A stretch of 56,242 nt of DNA, from NCBI GenBank assembly GCA_032718475.1, contig JAUCBJ010000819.1, forward strand, positions 1 to 56,242, written 5' to 3'. The notes beneath the pieces were generated by a model, which saw only the letters and a list, made by a program, of their open reading frames with translations, was not told the origin of the DNA and made no database searches. Both the position numbers and the translations under genes were made by a program. Numbering within the stretch: the first letter of the stretch is position 1; the number at the start of each line of letters is the position of its first letter. Source of the DNA: Nemertoderma westbladi (taxonomy: Eukaryota; Animalia; Xenacoelomorpha). This document shows, piece after piece, positions 46,092 through 56,242 of the stretch.

Positions 46092-46421
46092 CTATAAAAT
46101 ATGAATAATGAAGAAATAGTTTAACATCATTATTTATTATTTAAAATAATATTTATGTTCCGTTAGGAATACACTAAAAGGACTGAAATTAATGAGAATG
46201 CATCAAACTCTTAAAATGCTATTACTGCTATTACTAAATTGCTATTATTAAATGAGAAAAACAAAACAGGACAAAATGTTGAAGATAAAATGTTTATGGT
46301 AGAATAACTAAAATTAAATTATAGAACAACTCTAAGACGTTGTAGTCAACCTCCGTCACGGAGCTGGTAGAGTCAGATGTCTAAACATCTCGAACTACAT
46401 GGGTAGAAGACTTCTCACCAG

Positions 46422-49168
46422 CTACTACTACTACTAGGTCGAGCGAACTCGGACAGTGGAAATGAGATCCTTCCAGGCTTCCCGATTCTCCATAGTTGTC
46501 GCAATTTCGTTTCTCCCAAGTTCAGTATCCCTTTCAAGTTGATCTATATATGTTATGGCAGGTCGTCCACGACTACGCTTTCCATGAGTTGGTTGCCAGA
46601 GAAGTAGATCTGGTATGACCTCGTCTTTACTTCGCCAGCAGTGCCCACTGAATCTTAATCTGCGTTCACGGAGGGTGGTTGATACAGGTGGTATTGTACC
46701 ATAAAGCTCGGCGCTTGTCATGTGTTGTCTCCAGCTGATGTTTAGGGCTGCCCTTAGTAGTCTTGTGTAGCAACCATCAATTCGTTGTTCAAGTGATTTA
46801 GTCAGTGTCCAGGTCTCACCCCCGTATAAAAATACACTTTCCACTGTGGCTCGAAAGAACTTAGTCTTCAGGTGCCTGGAGAGATCTGATTTCCAGATGG
46901 TATCCATTTTAGATAGATCTACCCAAGCCTTTGCTTTCCTAACTTCTATGTCCTTTTTGCTACTCTCTATCCATGATCCAAGGTACTGGAAGTCATCGAC
47001 CTGCCTTAGTTGATTATTATCAATGGTTGTCAAGTTTCCATCAACATTAAAGGTCATGAATTCGGTCTTGGTAGCATTTATATGCAATCCAACCTCCTTA
47101 GCAGCCCTCTCCACTTTATTTAGTAGAAGCTGTGCATCTGCTAGCGTATTAGAGAGCAGGGCGATGTCATCCGCAAAGTCGGTGTCTGTGACTGTAGTTG
47201 CCGGATTTCTACTACTTCTGCGTTCTTGAAATGTGAATCCCAAATCTTCACCCTTTGTCGCCGTCCTCATTGCGTAATCCAGCACAATTACAAATAGTAA
47301 TGGTGCTAATGTGTCACCTTGCAGTACGCCAGCCAGGATTGAGAAAAACTCAGTTTCACCATCTGGTGAGAGTACCTGCGCTTCTGTGTCACAATATAAC
47401 AATCCAATGCCAGCAACAATTACTTCTGGTATTCCATAAGCTCTTAGGATTTCAAGCATTTTACCTCTATGGATGGAGTCGAAGCCTTCTTGAAGTCCAC
47501 AAAAGTCATGACTGCGGGGAGATTCTTTGACTTAATTCCTTCAATCAGTCTCCGTAGTGCAAGTATCTGAGCTATTGTTGATCTACTTGGTCGAAATCCG
47601 TTTTGGCTCTTACGCAGTAGTTTCTCTATGTGAGGCCTAATCCTATATAGAATCATTTTATTGTATATTTTGGCAGCTACCACAAGCAGACAGATCCCAC
47701 GATAGTTTGTTGGTATGCCGAGGTCTCCTTTCTTGGGGAGAGGCTTTAGTTGACCTTTAGTCCACATTGGTGGTGGCTTTTCCCCTTTTAACATCCGGTT
47801 GCAAACATTCAATAATGGTCTATTTAGCACTCCGGTTTTCCATACCTCCGCTGGGATGTCATCTAATCCACTCGCTTTATTATTGGACATCCTTTTAATG
47901 CTTCTTTGGAGTTCGGCAGGTGTGAAGTCCCCTGTTTCTATAGGTAGTGTCTTGTCATATATTTTCCTTGTAGGGCTGACCTCGATGTTTGGTGGCTGCC
48001 CAAGCAATATTATTCGTCCGGCTTCACGCCCCGGTGGCTATATTCAGTAAAAAGGCCCGTTTGCACAACTTTTCCGACCAGATACCTCATTTACAGTTTG
48101 CCAGGTAAGTCTTGATTGTTGCTGTATGTGAGCAGTAGTAATTGCTTCAGTTTTATCCTGTATGTACTTTTCCTGGCTGATGTTGTAGGGCAATTTAAGA
48201 TCGTCCTTAGATTTCTCAACCTTGTTAATGTTTTCGGTTGTTGGTTGTTCGGTTTTAACTTTGTAGGCTATCTTAAGATCTTCTCTCTTACAAGTAACCT
48301 CAGAGTTTTGCCATGGCACATACTGTTTTCGTTTAGGTTTCTGGGGGATATGCCTTTTAGCTGATTCCTTGTGGGCTGTTATTATATTCTGGTAAATTGA
48401 ATCGGTGGATTGGTCTTCATCCATTGACTGAAGTGCTTCAAAGCGGTTTTGAACTTCTACTGTATAAGCATCCTTTACAGCATTGTCAGTTCTGAGTTTC
48501 TCCCAGTCATAGTTGATTTGCTTGCTTGTCCTGGGTTTGCTGGCTCTCAAACTGAGTCTGATCTCTGCAGTCACAATCTGCAGTAAGGCTTCCCCTTACT
48601 CTTTTCGAATGTGTTGTTTGTTGGTATCAATTCACATTCTTCCATTAGGTCTAAAAGTAAGTACCAATTTCTGTTAGAACTGGTGTTATAGGTGTAACCC
48701 TTGATGTCTTCTGGGCCAATTTGGGCATTCAGGTCACCAGCAATGACTTTAACATTGTGTTTCGGAATGTCCTTTATAAGTCCAGTCTGTTCTTCATAAA
48801 ACTTGACTGCTTGTTCTGGCTCTGATGCATTGGTTGGACTGTAGCAACATATAACTGTTGTCTTGGGATTCCCATCAAATGTTGCGATCATAACCCTGGA
48901 ATTTATAGATTCGATGTTGTTTAGGGTCTGAAGTGCAAATGGGCTTAGCAGAATTCCTACTCCACCAATTGATGCATTGGCCGAGTTTCTTACTGCTGAG
49001 CTTGTTACTAACGTCCATCCATTTCCAATGTCATTTTCCTTCATGGCAGTGTCTTCATGACAAATCCGATGTTCTTGGATGCAGATGAGCTGGGAGCAGA
49101 GTCACGGAGCTGGTAGATTCACCTGTCTAAACATCTCGAACTACATGGGTAGAATACCTCACCAGCTA
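46422..49168 (-). mobile_element. Degenerate RTE-clade LINE (family RTE-a), APE endonuclease plus RT, with frameshifts and deletions
   Basis: ICIQEHR, GGVGILL, CYSPTN, AGDLNAQIG (EN); KASGLDDIP, QNGFR, GVLQGDTLAP, FADD, YLGS (RT); (TAG)n tail. Confidence 0.95.
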
Positions 49169-50149
49169 GCTCCTTGTATATTTTCGATTTAGCAGCCTCA
49201 GCTTCCGCAGCCAATCCAATCATGTGATCACACCGGACTAGCTCATAGAAATAGTGAGTCCCAAGTGAGCAGTCAACTGAAACTCATGGTGACTGGAGAC
49301 GCGACGCACCAACATTCCATATTTTGCTGCCTATACTATAGTTCTGTACAGTAGGTTCTAGGAGGGATATAATACTGACCAATGATCGCTTGGCTATTTC
49401 ATTGACCAAGTATGTTTGGGATGCTGTCATGGATTTGGGATGTGATGAAATACCATCCGAGATCAAAATACAGTTTTTCAAAAAATTTCAAAAATCAATT
49501 GCTACCCACATTATAAGTACGGTACAACGAATTATATTTATCTTCTAGCTCAGCATACAACAACACACAATTGGTTTCGATGTGAGCCTTGTGGGCCATT
49601 AACATTATAATAACTTTATGTGGAATTATTTGTAATAATATCGAAGTTTTCAAGAGAAAATAAATTAAATGTTAAACGGCCACCGTCACATGCTTGCAGT
49701 TTAGACTGTGTGTTTGTTTGTCACACGAAAGGCTCCGAAATTATCCGGTCAATTGTGTTGTTTTTAGTACCCTCCTGTAGATATATGGTCTGAATGGGTG
49801 TATAAAGCAATTTTCAGAAAAATACAGTAATTAGTTTTGCAAAAAATGAAATAAACGAAAAATGCAATGGTAAAAATAACACCAATATCAGCTGATGTCC
49901 ATGATGAATAATAGCTTATGTAATGGGTTGATGAGGTCGCCAAGATTATTGTACTTAGTACACCGATACTGTTTGCTTTAGAGGTCCTACTTCCTAACTC
50001 CACCCCTTACAAACTTTAAATTCTTCATAGGGTAGCATTAGTGTGTGTTAAATATTTTATACAGCTGATAGCCTTCTCAGTCAAGGTGTATGGGCCATGA
50101 GGTATGGTATTACTTATTCCAGGTGAATGAATTTTAATAATATGGTAAA

Positions 50150-50425
50150 AAAGTAAAAAAAAAGTAAATTTTCTTCGGCCACTAGGCCAGGGATTACGCA
50201 CAAAGTCTGACGACTTATTTCCAGTGCGGTCCCCCCAGAACTTTACTCCCCAGAGGAAACTCCAGTACTCATTTAGCTACCACTTAAGGATGCAAGGCAG
50301 AGATGCGCCCTGGCTGGTCCCTTTAAAGCATTCGTGCCGAAACGAAAACTGCCCTGGCCCATGTGAGGATCGAACCCACGACCTACAGGAGATGTGAATT
50401 CAATGCAACCACTACACCAAGGTGG
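50150..50425 (-). mobile_element. tRNA-derived SINE
   Basis: tggtgtagtggtt (box A), gggttcgatcct (box B), central ctctgccttgcatcc...taaatgagtac, tttac-repeat tail. Confidence 0.75.
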
Positions 50426-52027
50426 AACCTTATGGTAGGCCTTCAACTGTAGTACTACAATAATTGGTGTAATTAGAATCATGAGAGGGAAACTTAGGTA
50501 TATTTGTTTTAGCTGATGGTATTTGTCTGTATTGTGTATTAATGGAATATAGTTGACATTGTCTACACGTTCGTGGGGCCATCGCACAGGACGAGGCTCA
50601 GTTATTAGATACATATTAAAATTGAGCAATTCTATCCCAAAATCGGTACTTAAGAAATTTAAATAAATAATTAAGAAAATTTAACCAAACTTTTACTTTA
50701 AAAAAAACTTTCGCATTGGCAGCTTGGCATCGATGTCATAGAAGTCCACAGTCAAACTACTCAAAAAATTCAATGCATTCTTCAGTCGTCTGGTCTCGCT
50801 CATCGGTTAGTCCAGTATGCCCTTAGCGCTAGCGCAGTAGCGATACCGAAAGTCGAGGTCGCCAACGACACTACGACAGACAGAGGCGGTGGTCTTGATG
50901 GCGAGTTGTTTGAGTACTGGTACAATTCCAAAACGTTGCTGGGTATTGCAGTATTGGGCTGCTGGGGTACCTAGTGCAGTAGTGGATACCGGAACATGGA
51001 TTAAAGGGCAGCTGGTACAACTTGAAAATATGTCAGTCTGTCTTAAGTCCGCATAATTTCAAAACTTCCATTGCTGCATGGTTGCCGTTGCCGAGCCAAT
51101 TGGTGGGTGGCACCAATGATCTGAAGACAGTACCGGTAACTCTGTACCACTGTAACAGTACCGGTACTGTACTGTAAAACATATGTTTAATAAGATTAAG
51201 GTACCGTACCGGTACATGATATGGCTGAATAGTCGCGATATCGCAATTCAGACATCACTCAGGCATTGCAGGACTCCCTACCCTACCGCACGTACCAATA
51301 CTCAGATAATGCAGTAGCAGTACCACACAGACAGCACACCACCACATACAGCAACAGCAGTGAGCAGTACCGGTACTGAGTACAGGCATCTCATGGTACC
51401 GGTGTCATACTCTGAACTCTGCTTTCTGGAAATGCTGGAATGGCTGAAAGTGAAATAGGCCTACCACACTTCCCAAGGCCACATTATTGCTGCATTGTAC
51501 CGGGATTGCAGAATTTCAAACCCACCTGATATATCCTGCATTCTCCTAGCAACCAGCTGATGCCAAGCCTAATAATTTTTGGATAAATAAATGTATTATA
51601 ACTGCAAGACAGTTAATATTTCTAAACTTTGGCCAGACACATGTGTACCAAGTTTGGTTAAAATTCATTAACATTTGGCTGAGTTATTAACGTTTAAAAT
51701 TGGATACAACAGAAAAACAGAGCAACAGAACAACAGACACACCGATTGAGTTAGTAGTACCTGTATGCTAAGCTCGCTTACCTTCGTCGCTCACCCTACA
51801 ACAAATATTTTCTATAAATTATTATTATTATTCTGGGAGTTTCTAGATTACGTGAAATATTATAAATACTATAAATATTATAATATAAATATAATATTAT
51901 AATATACGTGAAATAATAAAGATTACGTTAAAATTAATTTATGTTTATTTATGTTTGTTTAATATTTTTTGTTCTTTTGTTTATTGTTTGTTTGTTTATG
52001 TGTTCTGAAGATTGATGATTTACATCC

Positions 52028-52047
52028 CGCGTGCTGCACGCCACTAG
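52028..52047 (+). mobile_element. Helitron-like 3' terminus
   Basis: Hairpin gcgtg-ctg-cacgc then CACTAG|T. Confidence 0.45.
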
Positions 52048-52141
52048 TCAAAATCAATCAATTAATCGCTAATTGGCCCTGTGGTGACAGATACCTGCGG
52101 TCGTAATCATATTCCCCAATTTAATTAAATGATAACTTTAC

Positions 52142-52218
52142 CTTTCCGCTGGACCATTCTAATACGTCCTCATTGTCCTTGTCATTCAAACCAATCCACA
52201 AGTTTCTATTAGAAGATT
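52142..52218 (-). CDS. Host gene exon, C-type lectin domain (WIGL motif); upstream exons not found in the window
   Basis: cag/gtaaag; SSNRNLWIGLNDKDNEDVLEWSSGK; splices in phase 0 onto 46091. Confidence 0.92.
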
Positions 52219-53180
52219 CTGAAATGATAAGATAAAGAGAAAATCAGTCGCATGTTATATTTTACGGAATTGGATGAATTGTGATTTCGGGAGACTTGTT
52301 TTTATACTTCTTGTTTAACGAGAGAAAGCCGCCCCAATATTAGATTATAACAACAACATTTCCATTGGGTAAGAAAGTGGAGAAGAGCCAGGCCCGACTC
52401 TCAATTTTTTAGTTTATATTACGCGATCAATTTTCACTCATCTCGTCATGAACACAACATGTATGTAAACTTTTGATAAATTTGTTGGCTATGCGTTTGC
52501 GGCTGTTTGGGCGGGGTGTGGTAGGCCTACACTTTTCACACTGAAACATTTTGGTTGTGAAATGTTCAGGGCACAGCGATCAGAGATATTTCATATATAT
52601 TTTATTATGAGAGGAAGAAGAACATACAACGTTATTTACTATATTATATGTAACGAAATAATTGTTTTTGGGTTTGGAAGCCTCCCCAAAGAGTTGATAT
52701 ACGATTATATTTAAAATTATTTCCATGGTCATGGTCATTCACCCGTCTTTAGTTAGAAATTTGTTTGCATGAAAGACAGTTTAGTTTGGTTTTTACTGAT
52801 TATTATCTCTTATCTGACTGGGGTAATAATAAAGGATAGGATAAATGGAAGCAAAGTGTGACAGTAACAATTATTTCCCTGACAACCGAGCATGTCTTAA
52901 GTATACGATATCTAAAAGGGGGAAGTTTGGATTCACTGCATAAATGCAGTTCACCAAACTTCCCCCGAATGCACACTGTAACTTCCCCCTTCCCCCAAAT
53001 ATCCACTGTTAAATTAATTTGAAGCGATATAATAAGTACAAAATTGTGCGAGTTTTTAATTGTGTAGTCCATTTGTTATTTGATCTCTATTTATTGTTTA
53101 AAGTGCATTTAATATCACACTGGTTTTTTAGAATATTACAACCTTATGTTTTATTTATTAACCCAATCGAAGCCTTAATA

Positions 53181-54739
53181 AGGGCCGCTTATTTGTACGC
53201 ATATCCCTAATGCGCTCAGTATGAGCCAAACAACATATTAATATGAAAATAAAGTATCTGCAAAGAAAAGAACCCAATGCTATATAATTTGACCTTATTA
53301 AAAAATTTGCACTTTTGCACACTTATTTGTACAAGTGCACTTCAGCAGATCGTAATGGTGGTTCTTATTTAACAAACTTATGTTTATCCTCTACCGATCT
53401 ACGATGGTGTATGATCAAGTGTCAGTCACTAAAAGTGTAAAAAATCTAATTTAATAAATCGCGACATTTGCGATTTTGGACCATATTCATGGGCATTTTA
53501 AGTCACTTTATATACATAAAAAGTTAAACAAATGTTACGATTATAGTTAGAAATCACTCCAAACTACATTTTAATCCAAAAAATAACATTCTACGATGAA
53601 TGGAACTGGAAATAATAGTGTTTGAAATATCGAAAAAATGTGTACTTTTTAAGTGCATTATGCACTAAGTGCACATGCGTCTTTTCCCAAGTTGTATCCT
53701 ATTTCACACACTACAATCTATCCTCTATCCAATGAAAAAAGTTTCAGATCAAACGGCCCAGTAGAACAGAAGTTATTGATGTTTAAAAATAATCACTCGA
53801 AAATTTCAAATTCTCTTGGTCACGTAGTCTAGTGGTAATCAATCACGTTAACGATACTTAAGTTCGTGGGTTCGAAACCCAATATGACCATTCTTAATTT
53901 TTTGCAAAAAAAAATATTTTTAATTTTTGACTAAATTTCGGTTCTGGTGCTCCAAATTCAATAAAATTGGTATATTCTTTGCCGTAATTTTTTTTTCTAT
54001 CTTTTGAGAGGGGGTATTTTTGGCCCCAAAAAAAATGAAAAAAAAGGGCCAAAATTACGCGATATTTTTCGACCCTTAAAACTCGTTATTTTAATTATAA
54101 ATGTTAAGAAAAAAGATAGTGGAGTTAATTTGCTACATTTTACAGGAACTTTTGGCGCAAAAAGTTAAATTATAATGTAATGGCGATTTATTAAAAAAAA
54201 ATTTTTCGTCCCTTTTTTATAAGTAGTATATTTCACACGATCGTCTGCCGCTTCAGTTATATAATAGCTATGGCGCTGTAACTACCGTTGAAAGATAGAT
54301 AATTTGACGCTCTATAAGACTGTTTAAATAAGTCTCCCAGACCTTATGTATTTTTCGAGCTAGACGAGTTCCCGCGAAGCGAGTTTGAAGCGTGAAATTA
54401 TAATTTGGGCCCTAATTTTTTTAATATCGTTTGCGCGGCAAAACCAATCGAATATTTGGATTCCCCGTATCGATATTAACCGTATAAAATGTACTTTAAC
54501 CTTCAAGAGTCAAAAATAAAAAAGTTGTTAGTTATAAACTTTTTATTATTTTCTGGCCCTTTTTGGACCCCTTTGCCTACATATTTTTTGTACCCCCATT
54601 CGATAGGAATGTAGCCCCTGTGGTCTTCTACGCTTTCCGAAAAAGAATTGGCAGATTCCTACTAGCGTTGTCGAATTAAAAATTTTGGAAATAATAATTA
54701 TGTAAAAAAGATGGAAAAAACGGACAAAGTTACGGCCCC
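53181..54739. mobile_element. Probable non-autonomous TIR DNA transposon
   Basis: agggccgcttatttgtacg versus cggacaaagttacggcccc; AT-rich non-coding interior. Confidence 0.4.
53818..53890 (+). pseudogene. tRNA-Val(AAC)-like pseudogene or tRNA-derived cassette
   Basis: cgtagtctagtggtaatca...taac...gggttcgaaaccc; acceptor ggtca/tgacc pairs but the anticodon stem does not; T-run downstream. Confidence 0.55.
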
Positions 54740-54741
54740 TT

Positions 54742-55774
54742 TTTGTTCATTGTTCATTATTGTTGTTGACTATGTTATTATTTGTGCCCGAAATATATTT
54801 ATAATATCTGAACATATAATTAATAATTGAGTTGTTGACTATGTTCTACGCATGTCCTTAGATCATCATAATGATGATGGGGTGATGATAACTCCACCTA
54901 CTGGCTCCAGAAGACGAGGAAATCCTGCCAAGTACCTAACTGTTCTAGACTTTGCTGATGACTTAGGAGTACTCTCAGAATCATTAGAGGGAGCCCAACG
55001 GCTCCTCAGCTCATTAGAACATGCTGCTTCTAGTGTTGGTCATTTTATTATCTCCAGAAAGACCAAAATTTTGACAGTTAACTTTGAAAGTCCTCAGCAA
55101 GTCTCTGATCGGATTAGCATAAGCTCAAAGGATGGTATGCTTGAGCATGTGGACGACTTCTGTTACCTGGGATCATGGATCCGGAAGTCAGGTGAGGACC
55201 TTCGAATACGTAAGGGAAAGGCATGGGCCTTGAAGGCTTTCTAGGATTTGGAAGTCACCGAGAATTAATTGGAAACTTAAGGTCCAATTATTTAGAGCAG
55301 CAGTAGTTCCAGTACTCCTCTACGGGAGTCCATGCTGGGCTCTAACTGCTGAGGACACCAAATCTATGGATGGCACATTCACAAGAATGCTACGCCGGGT
55401 TCATTGTGTCAAGTACAATGCACACATCTCCAACCAGACACTATATAACATTGGAGGTGTCTCATTGGTTCCCCCAAGCTTGACACTAGAACAAAATCGC
55501 CTCCGTTTTGCAGGATATTGCTTTCGCCGTGAGGACCAGCCAGTGCATAATCTTGTACTTTGCCAGCCTCATGGAGTGAATAAGCATGGTGGACAGCCCA
55601 TGACTTTCTTGAGACGCATCTTAAAGGACACTGGCCTTGAAGATGCGGATGATCTAGCAAATGTCATGGGTGATAGGGAGTTGTGGCGGTGCAATTTTGT
55701 TGACAAGCCGGCACAGCATTCTTAAAAATGCAGCTGCAATGCAGCATGCCGATCCTAGTAGTAGTAGTAGTAGT
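54742..55774 (+). mobile_element. 5'-truncated RTE-b LINE copy, frameshifted
   Basis: Highly similar to 22137-23100; DFADD and YLGS motifs; (TAG)n tail; a small insert is flanked by duplicated gttgttgactatgtt. Confidence 0.93.
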
Positions 55775-56242
55775 GGGGGCTACTCTCATGTTCCACCCCG
55801 ACCAACAAAGACATTGGTGAATCTGAGGCAAGTCACTAGACTAGCCTCAGTAAACATCCTAACACTCGGGTCCCCAATGCGACAAGGTGAGCTGACTGCC
55901 TTGGCAGATAAGCTTTCTCTTAGTGCTGTGTGTGTTCAAGAGCACCGAATGCAGACTGGGCAGACTGATGAAGTTCTGATTAAGGACATGGGGGGGCGGT
56001 TGGCGAATCGCCCTCGCTTCAGCAGATGATAGTGGCAATGGTGGAATTGGTCTATTGATGAATCCAACTGCACATGCAGCATTGGACAAAATAGACCAAA
56101 TCTCTAACCGCATCATCTGTTGCCACTTCTTATGTTCTAGAAGACTGGCTAAGAAGTTTCCTAAGGTGGTTCTGATTGTGTGCTACTCTCCAACTAGTGT
56201 TGCCCCTGTAGAGGAGGTGGAAAATTTCTACCAGAATCTACA
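55775..56242 (+). mobile_element. Start of another RTE endonuclease domain, running off the right edge
   Basis: RLASVNILTL...AVCVQEHR, then (after a frameshift) GGIGLLM and CYSPT. Confidence 0.85.

Overview
Repeat-rich eukaryotic genomic DNA, most likely from an invertebrate animal. A host gene runs on the minus strand with 15 exons (14 firm, 1 tentative) that I could splice in frame. It encodes a C-type lectin - EGF-like - 5x Ig - EGF-like modular protein, and its introns are packed with mobile DNA. The main element (C, 29022-45156, + strand) is a complete young Bel/Pao LTR retrotransposon with TTAAG target duplication and an intact 2859-aa Gag-Pol. It has several atypical traits: 1.9-kb LTRs ending TA...TA; no tRNA-type PBS, but an 11-nt LTR-complementary site in Tf1-like self-priming geometry; a tRNA-like box A/B cassette in the LTR; a dispersed 17-nt motif; and an extra triple zinc-knuckle ORF after pol followed by an in-frame basic tail behind a TAA-CAA-TTG stop. 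A second, divergent LTR element (A, 3' LTR 7096-7607) carries a homologue of that ORF with the same stop-plus-basic-tail layout. A third Bel/Pao-like gag (B) runs off the left edge on the minus strand. The rest is RTE LINE fragments, tRNA-derived SINEs, MITEs, Helitron-like ends and micro/minisatellites. All calls were made by eye, without database searches.
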